Source of the DNA: Octopus bimaculoides
Lineage: Eukaryota
Assembly (NCBI RefSeq): GCF_001194135.2
Contig: NC_068982.1
Location: 49,585,990 to 49,649,989 of the forward strand
Length of the DNA: 64,000 nt
Reading direction: 5' to 3'
This document shows, in pieces, positions 38,743 to 52,606 of this stretch (position 1 is its first letter; each line of letters starts with the position of its first letter). The position numbers were made by a program, and so were the translations under genes. Below the pieces are notes generated by a model. That model worked only from the letters and a program-made list of their open reading frames with translations. It did not search any database and was not told where the DNA came from.

Positions 38743-39778
38743 CACATATATATATATACACACATACATATAAGGCATATGAACGTATATGTATGTATAT
38801 ATAAATGTACATATAAATATGTGTGTGTATGTATATTATCTGTGTATGTGTATATATATATATATATATGTATGTATATCTACCAATCTATCTATTTATC
38901 TCTCTCTTTTTGCATGTGTGTGTGTATATTAACCAAACATTGTCAGTTATTACTATAGCAGTATATAAATTTAATGTTTATGTCAGTCGTGCAAATCATA
39001 GAATTAGTGCACCCATAGAATTTATACAAGGAATAGATTTTATTCTTTCACAGTAGTTTATAGGTACCAATTTTGATACTTTGCTACTTGATTTGGGATA
39101 AATGGAATTCATTATCAATTCACACATTTTAAAACATTATTCGATATTTTTTGACCAGAAATTTCATTTTATTTAATTTCGTAATTTCAATCAATCATAA
39201 TTATATTGTAAAAAACAATTTCTCTAAAATACAAGGGAAATAAATATAACAGTCATAGAAACAAGCATTTTTGCACTTAGAAGAAGCATTTTTATTCTTT
39301 GGAGTTATTGCTGTCATTATATACAACATCGTTTTGTTGATGTTGACTATATGTGTGTACATATATATCTTTGTATGCATATATGTATGGACATATACGC
39401 ACATACATGTACAGATTTTGAATATTTCATGTATTATATTAATAGATCTTGTTATGACAATTTGATTAGCAGCATTTGAAATTTGTACGAGAGCCAATAG
39501 CATTGTTGCTGAATGACATGGTTTCATGTTCAATCTCACTGCATGGCACTTTGGGCAACTGTGTTCGACTATAGCTCTGGGCTAACCAAAGTCTTCTGAG
39601 TGGATCTAGTAGACAGAAGCTGAAAAAAAGGCTATCATATCATCATCGACATTCATCATTCATTTTCCATGCTGGCATGGGTCGGATGACTTGACAGGAA
39701 CTGGCAAGGTCAGGAGCCACACCAAGTTCCCTAGTTTTGCTCTTTCTAATGCCAACCACTTTACAGACATAAAGACAT

Positions 39779-39835
<57 letters not shown>

Positions 39836-40717
39836 TATATACATACATACATACAACAGGCTTCTTTCAGATTCCATCTACCAAATCTACTCACAAGGTT
39901 TTTGGTTGGCCCAAAGCTATAGTAAAAGACACTTGGCCAAGGTGCCACGCAGTAGGACTGAACCCTGAACCATGTGGTTAAGGAGACAAACTTCTTACCA
40001 CACATCCACACCTGTGCCTAGTAGCTTATGTTTCTTCATATTATGCACAATTTTGGATTTAAAACAGAAGATACAGCAGATTTGGACACAAGAGATAATC
40101 TCACATAAACACAAGAATTTGGTTGAAAATATGCCTGACTGTAATGTGTTGGAAACAAAGGGGTTATATCAAATACTGAGCAATATGACATTGCTTATTT
40201 GCTTATTCTTTTACTTGTTTCAGTCATGTGACTGCAGCCATGCTGGAGCACCACCTTTAAGAGTTTTATTCAAACAAATCGACCCCAGGATTTACTTCTT
40301 AAGCCTAGCACTTATTCTATTGGTCCCTTTTGCTGAACCGCTATAATCAGGGATGTAAACACATCAACACCGGTTGTCAAGCAGTGATCGGGGGACAAAC
40401 ACAGGCACAAAGATACACACACACACACACATGTACATATATATGACAAGCTTCTTTCAGTTTCCATTTACCAAATCCACTCACAGGGCTTTGTTTAGCC
40501 TGTGGCTATAGAAGAAGACACTTGCCCAAGGTGCTGTGTAGTGGGACTGAACCTGGAACCATACTTTTGTGTACCATTCTCATTTTATCTGCTTGTTTTG
40601 TTATGCAATACATTCCTTGGGTTTCCAGCATTATCAATTACAGTATACAACACTATATCTACCTGTGTATTCGGATTCTTGATCAGTTCTGTATGTATGT
40701 ATGGATATCTCTCTCTC

Positions 40718-40760
<43 letters not shown>

Positions 40761-42092
40761 GTGTGTATGTGCACATACAACCCAATCAGTGTGTTTTGAC
40801 TTTTTAGTGTTTTTAAACCTTGACTGCACCATTTAATTGGTTGGATGGATAGATGGATGGATGGATTAATAAGTCAAATTCTCTCGACTCACAGAAAAAG
40901 TTTTTTCTTTTTCTTAATCTACCATTCCTACTGCAATATATCACAACAAGCCATTTAACCCTGCTGAAGTCTGTCAGGATTGTAAATTGGATCCCAGGAG
41001 AAATATATCGCTCCAGTCCAGTTTTATAATTGATAAGCAGTAAGACGCTTTCAACATTGAGATTGAATCCCTACAAGTCAGATTTAGACACACGCACACA
41101 CACATATGAATGAATTTCCTGCTCACAGAGGTGGTTTCTGATCAGTTTGACACCTTTCCCAACAGACTAATCTCTTTGACTGTAAAGAAGAGTGTTTCTT
41201 CTTACTGTGTGTGCTTGAAACAATGCAAAATTAAACATGAAAAACTGAAAAAAAAAACAGAAAAAAATTATGTAGCTATCAATCACTGGTGGATAATCTT
41301 GGATTGATAATCATGGAACAGGGAATGCAATAAGGTAATCCCTAGTATGTGAGTATGTGTGCCTGTGCACACGTGAACAAGCATGGCAGTAGGTATACGA
41401 ATGTACACTAAGGAATAGACAGAGGCAGGGGAGGAGAGAGAAAGAGAAAAATGGAATTTGAGTGTGTGTGCATATGCATACTGTGTGCTAGGGAGATGTT
41501 ATTTTGAACTTACGCTACCATAATACATTTTGAATGAGTGCAAAGTGAGCAAAATAATTTAAGAATGAGTAAATAACCAAGTTGTTTTTTCTTCTTTTTA
41601 TTGTTGCTTTCTATCTTAATGAATGAGACTTAAATTAAAATTTATCAAAAGGTATAATTTCTAGAACAATAACGAAAGAACTACTAATATTATTATTATT
41701 GTGGTGAGCTAGCAGAATCATTAGTAAGCAGGCAAAATGCTTAGCGGTCCTTCGCCCATCACTACATTCTGAGTTCAAATTCCACTGATGAGAGAGAGTG
41801 AAGAGGGAGGGAGAGAGAGAGAGAGATAATACAGTTGTCTGCATGGTTTAAGACCACAACCTGGTACCTTGTACACCTTTTTCTGGGTCCACTTTGTTGC
41901 AAGCTTTCAGGCTAAGAGTAAAGATTGTTTGCCAACATAACATGGCAGCCCTAGTTTAGGACGAATGTAACTGTTATTTAGCCCCAGGAGACATTGTCTC
42001 CAGCTGGCTATACGACACAATCTGTGTCCTTATATTTTCGAACAAGGGAATCTAGCACCCCCACTCAGCACAAAAGAATATCTGTCTATCAC

Positions 42093-42182
42093 GATTTCTG
42101 GGTTATTTCTCTTCATCAGTACAGAATAATTGTTCAGCTAGATAATTATTCTGTGCTGATGAAGGGGAATAACCCGGAAATC
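42093..42182. repeat. 39-bp-arm hairpin containing CTGATGA...GAAA hammerhead-core-like motif
   Basis: gatttctgggttatttctcttcatcagtacagaataatt / aattattctgtgctgatgaaggggaataacccggaaatc, 35/39 matches, 12-nt loop. Confidence 0.85.
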
Positions 42183-43326
42183 CCTTCCCCCGAAATTGCT
42201 GCCTTTGTGGCAAAATTTGAAACCATTATTATTATTATAATTATCATCATTAGTAGTAGTAGTAGTAGCAGCAGCAGCACTGATACAATGGTGAAACGTG
42301 AATCCTTAGAAGGACTTATGTTATATTCTTAGTAGATACATTTTATTAATTATTTTCATATATACTTTTAACTGTGAATAGGTCTTCTATAGTAAAAACT
42401 GAGAGTATTTTCCTGAACAGAATATGAAAAATATATTGCCAGTGAAAGATCTCAAATATTTCAACAAATTAAAAAAAAGAAAGAAAAAAGTATGTGTGCT
42501 AGAGATTAATTCCATTTAAAATAAATTCACATAATAAGGAAACTAAACTCATTAAAGCTAAAATAATTGAAGAGATGAATCACAGAGTGGAGCCATTAAG
42601 TTAACATCTACAGGCGAGATAGAGTAGAATTAAATGAGTTATGGAGAAGAAAGAAGGGAAACGTACTAATGTTCATCCAATAATAAACAAGACCGTTTAT
42701 TAGCTTTTGTAGAAGACAAGGAATGAAGAGAGATGAGAAATTTGAGATGAAAACTGATAGTTAAGGGAAAAGATATTAAGTTAAGATAGTTTGAAGATGA
42801 GATTACAGGCAAGTGAATCTAAAATTATTCAACAAAATTGCATTGTGGTTTGGTTTATTTCCAAAATTGATTGTACTTTAGATAAATCTTAGTAGAAAAT
42901 CATGCATTACAATCAATAAGGTTGAATTCTACATAAAAATACTCATATACAAGACTAAGCTAATATCCTGACCACATTAAGCTGATCAAAACAGAAAGAA
43001 AAAGAAAAAAAGAAAAACAAAAATTCACAAAAGCTCTAAACCAAACCTGCCAGAATCTAAACTCCAACGTCGATTCAGAGTTTGATAAGGTAGAAAACTG
43101 GCAGAAAATGTTAGAATGTAGGGTAACTATTTTTTTTTTTCTTTTTTTGCATGTTCTGAGCTGAAATCCTACTTTGGTCAACTTTGCCTTTCATCCTTTC
43201 ATGGTTGATAAAATATAGTACCAGTCCAAGGCTGTGGATTGGCAAAGTTGGTAGAGCATCAGATAACACGCTATGTGATATTTGTTCAAGCTCTTTGCAT
43301 TCTGACTTCTCGTGTGGTAGACTTAA

Positions 43327-43543
43327 CCCTCCAGCATTCAACTTATTCTGTTAAATCTAATGCTTATTTCTCCACATTGTTTTGAATTAATCATGCGTTA
43401 TCTTGTAGCGATGACATTTTGATGTGATTGCTTATAATTTGAATGACATTGTATGGTATATATGAGAGGCTGGATCTGGTTGGTTTGAAGATAAAACAGG
43501 TAGAATATTTGGGATGGATAAGGCTAATTTAAATTCTAAAGGA
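43327..43543. mobile_element. piggyBac-type MITE, diverged copy in opposite orientation to 19682-19901
   Basis: TTAA flanks, degenerate TIRs ccctccagcattca / taaattctaaagga, and an internal sequence that is the reverse complement of the 19.7-kb copy. Confidence 0.7.
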
Positions 43544-44159
43544 TTAATTTATTGCTTGCCAGCTTTTAGAGGCACTCACTATGTTGCAAACATTTTAGCT
43601 AGGTCACCAGCATGAGAACTACCCTCTCCCTTCATTGCACCAAAATCAGACATCCTGTAAAATAATAGGGTGGTGGTAGAAAGTTCATGATGCTGCCCTT
43701 CTCTCCCTAACTAAGTGGTGAAATATATACAACAAAAGAAATATTTAAAAGCTGGATTGACCATGGCTTGGTCAACACAACACCGATAATCTGAATTCAA
43801 TATGAAATAAAATTCAAACAGAATAAATTAATAGTTTGTTTATAAGTATTTCATAGATTGAGAGAGAAAGAAGAGCTAATACTGCAAATTGGATTATTTT
43901 ATTCCTATCCAACAGAAAGTTTTAATAAGAACTCCAACCTGTGAATTATCAGTTAGCTTGCTCTTCAAGATTCACAAATATCAGATAAACAAAGAAATCT
44001 ATCAATGTAACTTAATCTGTTTACTCTGTGAGATGCGATATAAAATTATTTTTCAACACCAATTTCAACAGACTCTCAAACTGTAAATTAAATGTAGGAA
44101 TGGCTGTCTGGTTACAAAGATTGCTTTGCAACCATGAGGTTTCAGGTTCAATCCCACGA

Positions 44160-44870
44160 GTTGAGGACTTTCTGTGATTCACTCTGAATCTCAACAATGG
44201 TGTTTAAATGGTGACCTCTGAGCTGCATTTTCTTCTTGGGGAAGAGATGGAAGTCTGCAAGTGCCAAATCTGGTGAAAAGGGTGGATGCAGAAGTGATAC
44301 CAAGTTATTTTTGGCAAGAAACACGAGTGAGGAGAGCTTGATGACAGGGTGTATTGCCATTGTGAAGAATTCAATTCTTTGTGCTGAACAGATCCAGTTG
44401 CTTTTGCCAAATGTTCTCCCTCAAACGCTTCAAAACGTCATAGTAGAACTCTCGATTGATGGTCTGGCTCTGGGGGACAAATTATTGATGCACAATACCA
44501 CATTTCTGGGGGTGATGCTCATGGCAGACCTTCCAGATCATTTATTATCCTCCAGGGACATTCTTCCACCTTTGAAGTACCCATGCTACTCAAAACATTA
44601 TATATAACACATTGCTTCATCACTGTAAGCTCGCCAAAACATGCTCATTGTCTCTTTTGCAGACTTCCCAAGTTTAACACAAAATTTCATGTTGGCTCTT
44701 TGTTCTAGTCCATGACAAAATTGCATTCACATGATCACAAAGACACAAATTTCACAACTTGTGAAGTAAACATAGCTTGGCTCATAGCCTCATGAAGTTC
44801 ACTGCTAGCTCTCACTGCACATGCAACCGTGTGCTACCATTTGTTGGCTTGCTACAGAAGTAGTCATACA
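44160..44870 (-). mobile_element. Internally deleted mariner transposase pseudogene
   Basis: Minus strand: LEQRANMKFCVKLGKSAKET (N-terminus) joined directly to FVPQSQTINREFYYDVLKRLRE...ILHNGNTPCH...HPPFSPDLALADFHLFPK (YSPDLAP-like motif). Multiple stops. Confidence 0.85.
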
Positions 44871-47800
44871 ACTAGAAAAGACTAGGGATAAGGTAAGGTA
44901 ATGAACTTAATAACAGGTAAAAGTCTATGTCAATACAAAGTCTGTTGATGAATGGAGCTGTAATGTACTGAGAGGTAAGAAATATTTATAAGAACAAAGA
45001 CTAGGAATATATTGATTTCAAACAAATGCACCAGACTTCATATTTGTATGAGCGGTGTGAAATAATTTTGTGTGACTGTCTTGCCTTTCTCAAAATCAGT
45101 AACAGTATCTGTGAAGTGAATAGGCTTCAGCCAGAAATTGCAAGCAACTCTTAGATAAGACAAAAAAAAAAAGGGGGGGGAAAAAAAAAGAAAAAGTAAA
45201 ATGTACAGATATATAACAATAGACATTTATTGATACCTAATATTCTTGACATCTACGAGTGAAAATTAGCTGGATTCTCAATAAATAAACCGAAGATGGT
45301 ATTGATCAATAATGCATGGAATACAATAATAAATAAGAACCACTGACCAATATCAATAAATAAAATTTGAAAGCTATTGATGAATAAAGATTTCAGCAAA
45401 TAGAGATACGAAGCCATCAAGTTGTCATTGATTTTCTTTTCATTATTATTGTTGTTTTTTTTTTTTTTTGCTTTCTATTTGACATCATCTGAAAAGAATG
45501 AGATGGCTGGAATGCTGATCTTTAGAGATATAGAAACAAGGCAAGGTAAAAATTAATCTATATAGCTACTTAGAAATGGAAACTTTTACAAGGTTAACGG
45601 TTTTATACTTCTCACTTGATGTGCAGCNNNNNNNNNNNNNNNNNNNNNNNNNNNNNNNNNNNNNNNNNNNNNNNNNNNNNNNNNNNNNNNNNNNNNNNNN
45701 NNNNNNNNNNNNNNNNNNNNNNNNNNNNNNNNNNNNNNNNNNNNNNNNNNNNNNNNNNNNNNNNNNNNNNNNNNNNNNNNNNNNNNNNNNNNNNNNNNNN
45801 NNNNNNNNNNNNNNNAGAGAGAGAGAGAGATAGATAGATATATATATATATATATATAACAGTAGAGTGTGTTTCTCTTTGGGATTTGTGATTTTCTGAC
45901 AATCAATACATACATACATGCATATATACATTATAAGAAAATGATAATGTAGTAAATGTGAACATAACAGTTTAAGTGCATTTTTACTGACAACTTAAAT
46001 GCAAAATAAAGCAATTGTTTTACTCCCAACACACAACACACAATATCAGATCAAATTGCATGCCAAAAGAGTTTAACTCCGGAATGACTATGTTGTTATA
46101 TTGTTTGTAAGGTGGATAGAAGAGAGGTAAGTTTTTGATGAATTAAACCAGTTTAATTTGGTTTCTCAATGAATCAATTTAAATTGACAGGTTCGAGTAG
46201 TTCAATTTAACAATGTGTGCCCTCTCACTAAATAAAAGGTTTTTATGCTGCTTTAAAAACATGCAGTTGTGGGATTTGGAGAGATAAAAAGTAGCTTGTA
46301 ATTGCTAACTTAGATGTCTTGCAAACAACTCACACATGCAAGTGCTACCAGTCGAGAACTCCGCATACTGGAAGCCAGCAAGTGTATGGGGTCATCAGGA
46401 GAGAATGCGCGCCGTTTCGGGGCCTACCTCTCGACGGCATCAAAGCGCACCGCCCCCCCCCCTCACTGATATGAGGCCCTGCTTGCTAGATCACCTGGTT
46501 ATTAAAAACTCAATATTTCTCTAGCCATCACTCATCTTATGCATTTTGTTCCTGAAATAAGATTGGCTTCAAATTTTAGCAGAATTCCAACACGTTGGGG
46601 GGAGGGGGTAAGTGAATTACACTGACTCCAGTGTTCAACTAGTATTTATTTCATCAACCCTGAAAGAATGAAAGACAAAAGTCATCTTGATAGAATTTGA
46701 ACTCAGAATGTGAAGATGGACGAAATGCCATTAAGCACTTTTGCCAAACATGCCAATGATTCTGCCAGATCGCCACCTTAACAACAATAATAAATAATAA
46801 AAACAAATGCCTTGATGCAATACCAGGAACTGGCTCACATGGCTTCTGATCTTAACTGATTGGAAGTGCTATCATGTACAAGTTTTGTCTTGGTATAAAA
46901 GATGAGCTACAACAAATATTCTGCTCAATACCACAGATTTGCTTGTCAGTTGTTTGACCATAACAAGTTGAGCACAGCCTTGGTGGCTGATGATATGTGC
47001 ATCTCTGATCATGAGCAGAAGTAGTGGAAGAGCGTCATAGCCATGCATTGAGAGGAATTCTTTGGGGTTTAGATAATTCACCTCTGGAAATGTGAGTGTT
47101 TTGTTCAACATCCTTAAACAGTCCTTATTCAAGGACCTTTTGAGAGAGATGAGCTACTCAACCTGAAGAAAATTCAGCTTGGCACCAGTGACGTTGCAAC
47201 TCATTTCTACAGTTGAGTGAACTGGAGCAACGTGAAATAAAGTGTCTTGTTCTATATTTTGGAGATGAGGAATTATTTACATTATTTAGATTGGACGGAT
47301 ATGTGTCCTCATCTTGTTTGTTGTTATCATGATGTTTCAGCTAATTAACTTTCCAGCCTTCATCAGACATTCTGGTAGAATTTTGAACCCAACCCTGGGT
47401 TCTCATTCCTAAGGTATTTCTTTTTTTGCTGATATAATTATTATTATCATTATTTATTCAAGGCGCTGCCTGGAACTGAATTCACAGTCTTGGGGTTAGT
47501 AGCTTACACTCTTAACCATTATACTATATGCTCGTGGGTCTATACATCCAATGTAAATAATGTAAATAATATAAAGTGTCTTGCTCAAGAACACAACACA
47601 CAGCTCGGTTGGGGAATCGAACTTACTACCTCGTGATTGTGAGCCTGACACTCTAACCACTGAGACATGCACCTTCACAGTCATGGTAATAGTGGTATAA
47701 TGGAGTAGAGAGGAACAAAAAAAAAAAGCAAAGCAAAAAGTAAAAATAAAAATAAAGAACCCTCATGTAAGGAGAGGTTTAGTGTTACAAAACTATTTAC

Positions 47801-48571
47801 TGAATAACCCCCTGCTATCATCCTCTGTGACCTTATAGAAAATCTTGAAGACATGGTAATTTTTTTTTGTACCAAACCAATTACAGCAAACACAGTAAAC
47901 AGCAGCCAACCTTGTCGTCCATCTCTCAATACACTCAAACAGAATGTAATTCTCTTTGAACCATTAATGTACCATCAAGTGAATAATACTATGTTAATGA
48001 ATTAATTCATCTCAATAGGTTACTGACACAATGACAATGCAGTCGAATAGTGACTAACACATGCAGATAAACAACAGCTTCTTTTTGATATTTTTCCTAT
48101 ATTATTTCTTTAATTTTGTGTTTCATCAAGTACATAATAATAATAATAATGATAATGATGATAATAATGATCCTTTCTACTATAGGCACAAGGCCTGAAA
48201 TTTGGGGGGAGGGGACCAGTCAATTACATTGACTCCAGTGCGTAACTGGTACACAATTTATCAACCCCAAAAGGATGAAAGGCGATGCTGACCCTGGTGG
48301 CATTTGAATATCATAATGATAATAATAATAACGATGATGATGATTTCAAATTTTGCCACTAGGGTAGCTTGGGGGAGGGGATGAAGTCGATTACATTGAT
48401 CCCACTTCATAACTGTTACTTATTTAATTGAGCCTGAAAGGATGAAAAGCAAAGTCAACTGTGGCAGAATTTGAACTCAGAATGTAGCGATGGGCGAAAT
48501 ACTGCCAAGCATTTTATCCAACGTGCTAACGATCCTGCCAGCTCGCTACCTTAACAATGATAATAGTAATA

Positions 48572-48965
48572 ACAACAAGAGCACTCAGAGAGTGCAAACC
48601 TCTGCCAATGCAACACCAACGTCCTCTTGACAATTAACCGGAGATGATTTTTTAAAATGAGAATATCTGAAATAAAATCGAATGCTCTCACAAACGAGAA
48701 TACTAAAAATGAACTTGGTCGCTCTCAAGCGGAAAAATAATCCATATACATTGTCCGGTACCTGATCGATCCCAATGGTAGTCATGGAATGTGCAAATGG
48801 GTGTGCAGGCTGTGTTTGTAATGCTGTGTGTGTATCGTCTGGGTAATGAAGATATTTGCATGATCTGAGCGCACACAGGGTCTTTGGGAGTCATTACGTA
48901 AAAGTTTTGGAAATACTGGTTGAAATGCTGGTTGAAACGTAACTGAAACGTAACTGAACATAAAA
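48572..48965. repeat. CpG-containing unclassified repeat resembling Helentron-associated non-autonomous elements (DINE-1/HINE)
   Basis: Begins aacaagagcactcagagagtgcaaacctctgccaa (ACCTCCGCCAAG-like end motif, recalled) and has short internal tandems (ctggttgaaa x2, acgtaactgaa x2). Confidence 0.3.
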
Positions 48966-50257
48966 ATTATAATTGTAATGAAATACATACTGTATCATGG
49001 TCTTAAATTCTGGTCTTCCTTTAGTAATTCTGTTGTTTTAGATCAATGTATAGAATTATGTATATATGTATATATGAACTGGAGCAATGTGAAATAAAGT
49101 GTCTTGCTCAAGAACACAACAGACAGCTTGGTCCAGGAACTAAACTTACAATCTCATGACTGTGAGCTTGATGCTCTAACCAATGAGCCATAGCACAGCC
49201 AGTGCAAACAAACAAAGTCACATATATACACATACACAACTAAGTGTATGAGACTCTGTCAGTTTCAACAACAAATATTCAGTTGTTCAGTCAACTGAAC
49301 TACCATATTTTCCAGCATAGAAGTCAATGATTTTGCAGGACCAAAAATTTTATGTGAAATGCAGCAGGATTTGGTAAGATAGCAACGATGTTTGAATGCT
49401 TATGCAACATGTTTACTCTATATTATTATGTCAAAAAAAAAAAAGGAGGGGGGAGTTACCTCCTCATGCTGACTCATAAGGGCTGGTTTCCCAGTTTCCA
49501 TGGCGTATATATTCTCCACCTGAATGGGATGTTGGTCGTTTGCAGGATTACTCAATTTTGTCAACTGAGTAAACTGGAACAATGTGAAATGAAGTGTTTT
49601 GCTCAAGAACGCAACACATCACCCAGTCCAGGAATCGAAACCACAATCTTACGATCATGTGTCTAACACCTTAACAACTAAGTCACATGCCTCCACTATA
49701 CTATGTCAACATGTATGCTAGATAATGTGGCATACCGGTTTCAAGAGGTAAATGCAAGATGAGGATTTATAGAATTTATATCTGCATCTATGATTATATA
49801 CACAAGAATACATATCTGTACCTAAGATAATATATACTAGACTTTATATCCCTACCCAAGACAATATGCACAAGACTATGCACCTTATTTTCCAGCATAC
49901 AAATTGAAACTTGCAGACTAAAATTTACAGCCAAAAAATGGAAGGTTGACTTATACACCAAGATGACTTTGGAGGAGCAGAAATTTCATGTGAAATATGG
50001 CAGGATTTAGAAACATAGTGACCATGTCTGAATGTTTAACACTGTATACAACACCAACTTGGATGCCACAAAATATGGTATCTACTAACTGAATTAGCAA
50101 ATAAGTGGCTGAGTATTCCACAGATACATGTACTTATAGCATAATTCTGAGACAGAATGAACATAAAACAATATGTAACAAGCAAGGACATTTAAATTAC
50201 TGGTACAATGCATCCAACAGCCTCTAATAGTTTCTATCCACCCAATATTACTCCTGT

Positions 50258-50500
50258 GGAGGAATGTGACTTAGTGGTTAGGGTATTGGACTCATGATCA
50301 TAAGATTGTGATTTCAATTCTTGGACCAGGTGACATGTTGTGCTTTTGAGCAAAACACTTCATTTCACATTGTTCCAGTCCACTCAGCTGGCAAAAATGA
50401 GTAATCCTGCGACGGATCGGCGTCCTGTCCAGGTAGGGAAAATATACGCCAAGAAACTGGGGAAACTGGCTTTTATTTATGAGTCGCAATGACTCAAGAA
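50258..50500 (+). mobile_element. tRNA-derived SINE family C (CORE-like). Other copies: 19422-19630(+), 49445-49694(-), 11250-11405(-), 47570-47680(-), 49075-49200(-)
   Basis: Head ggagg..catggcttagtggttagggt.ttg.actcatgatc, then ttgagcaa.acact...ttgctccagtccactcagctg..aaatgagta (CORE-like domain). Confidence 0.75.
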
Positions 50501-50614
50501 GGTAACTTTTCTTTTTATTTTCCAATATCACTCATAGACTTGGATCAAGTCAAGGTTACAATAAATATTGTAACCCAAGATGCCACACAGTGTGATCAAA
50601 CCTGGGACTTCGTT

Positions 50615-50790
50615 TATGAACAAAATTATAGGGCTATATATTCTAGATTTATTGAGAATGAAATTGACAGTAACAGATTATGATTTATACCACAATGATA
50701 GCTTAGTTCTATTGAAAAGTTGTGCAAGTCATAAACAGGATAGATTTAAATTTGATTTCACTGAATTATTTCAGGCGATAGAACAGTAGC
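50615..50790 (+). mobile_element. Decayed Penelope-like retroelement RT fragment
   Basis: GLYILDLLR...DLYHNDSLVLLK...HKQDRFKFDFTELFQ resembles the PLE-type RT motif GLFIL...GLYRDDGLAV...LDRIRKDLIKIFK, with the catalytic YRDD decayed to YHND. Confidence 0.5.
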
Positions 50791-52511
50791 TATTAATTTT
50801 CTAGACAACACTTTGACAGAAATGCATTTGAGCAAATCCAAGCAAAAGGAGACAAAAACTGAAAAATTATGATAAAACAGTGCTACCATGATTTATGCAT
50901 TTTTATTTTCCCATAAGCCAATAGGATTCAAAAAAGTAAAAACAAATTTCCATGGGAGTAGTCATGTGACCCAGGAAGCCATCTTGGATACAGTCTAGAA
51001 ATTGACAATTTGACTGCAGAGACAAAAAAGGTAGGTATCCAGTTCCATCCTAGAAAAAAATTAACTTCCCATTTTGCAAAGTGGCATTTTCAGGAAGAAC
51101 TAGAGTAAAACTACAATTTGGTAGTGTTATTTTTTGGAAGATCATCCTGCTTGTCAGCAAAATCAGAATTTACTGTGGAAATTAGAATTTGCTGTGTGAG
51201 TTACATTTTGGCATTTTAAGTTTAGTTTACAAATCCTGATAAATGCTTACTTTAAAACAATGCAACTATTATGATATGCTGTAAGGGGGAATTTTATTCT
51301 TATACACAGTACTTTATATTTTCAGTTACATGTACCTGGTTGTGCACTGTTCATGGAAATTTCAGCCACATTATGATCAGTGACTTGCTGTATTATAGGG
51401 CTTCCACAGTTATCTGCAAATGCATGCAAAATGTCTAGATTCGATTATCCAAGACATTATGCATGTGCTGCAATAAGCTTCAAGAAATGTTATTTAGAAC
51501 TTTGTGTTCAAGTGCAGCACATGTTTCGAATACATAGAGTGTGTTTTGACCTTTTGATCAATTCCTCATGTTCCTGATTGATTAAAGAAATATGGAATAC
51601 TAAGTGGTATCCAAGTTTCAGTGTTGTGTCAGTTACACATTTCTAGGTGGAAATATTGCATCAGTTACATTTTACCAAAGGTGCTACAGCATGTATTAAA
51701 CAATGGTGTTGGATATGAAAGCATGTATAACATTCATACCACTTCAAATACTAAATTTTGCATAGGAATATGAGGAATATTTTAAGACATGGCTGGTATT
51801 TAGTTTGACAATAAGAACTAATATTCCTAGGGATATCCTTAATTTAATACATCATTATATTTTGCTAGAACGTAATTTTATATTAAATTATTTGATAAGA
51901 AATGTATTAAGGTTAGTAATGCAGTTTGTAAGAATTTTACTTGTTATATCAAAGGTTACAAAGCAGCATAGCTTCGTCTTACAAACAACGGTCATACAAT
52001 TCATAAAAATTGCCCACTAAAAGACAGTTGTGGGGCAATGTCAATTGCATATAAAGCTAATAGCAATAAGCAAAAATAGAAAGAGGTGCAACTGAAATGG
52101 TTTTTAAAACTAGATACTATAAGCATAAATAAATACTTGTCAGCCCTGATAAAAAAATGTGGTAGTTATGTGAGTCTGTACAAATTCAAAATTAATAGGT
52201 TGACTGTGATTAAGGTGTGAACTAAGAGGAATGGTAACTTCAAATTAAAACTATAACATTTTTGCTTGCTTAAGCAAAAAAATAAGAATAATTTTGTTCC
52301 AGATTTGCTGACACTTTGTATTCAACAAACATCTCTTGTGTCAGTGCCAAACTTCTTGATTTTTGAAACGCTTCAGTAAAAAAAATTTCAAGTTTCAATT
52401 ATCTCTAGGCAACTGCTCTCAAAATTTGTTTAAACTACAATAGAATTATAGAAGCAGAATGATTTTAGAGTGACCTCCCTTGTATTAAGTTGAATTCTAC
52501 ATGAAACAATT

Positions 52512-52606
52512 CAAAAATTTTCAAAGTCAAAAATAGGAATTAGCAAAAATTTTCAAAGTCAAAAGTAGGAATTAGCAAAAATTTTCAGTCAAAAGTAGGA
52601 ATTGGC
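52512..52606. repeat. Three-copy 32-bp tandem repeat
   Basis: caaaaattttcaaagtcaaaa(a/g)taggaattag x2 plus a 2-nt-deleted third copy. Confidence 0.9.

Noticed and set aside
42156-42225. Alternative complete hammerhead fold using the adjacent SINE-B tail (GGGGAA/UUCCCC stem II, AUU site)
   Set aside because: Stem I barely pairs and the fold is chimeric between two unrelated repeats.
52512-52606. 32-bp repeats as a CRISPR-like array
   Set aside because: The repeats are contiguous with no spacers, in a eukaryotic intron with no cas genes.
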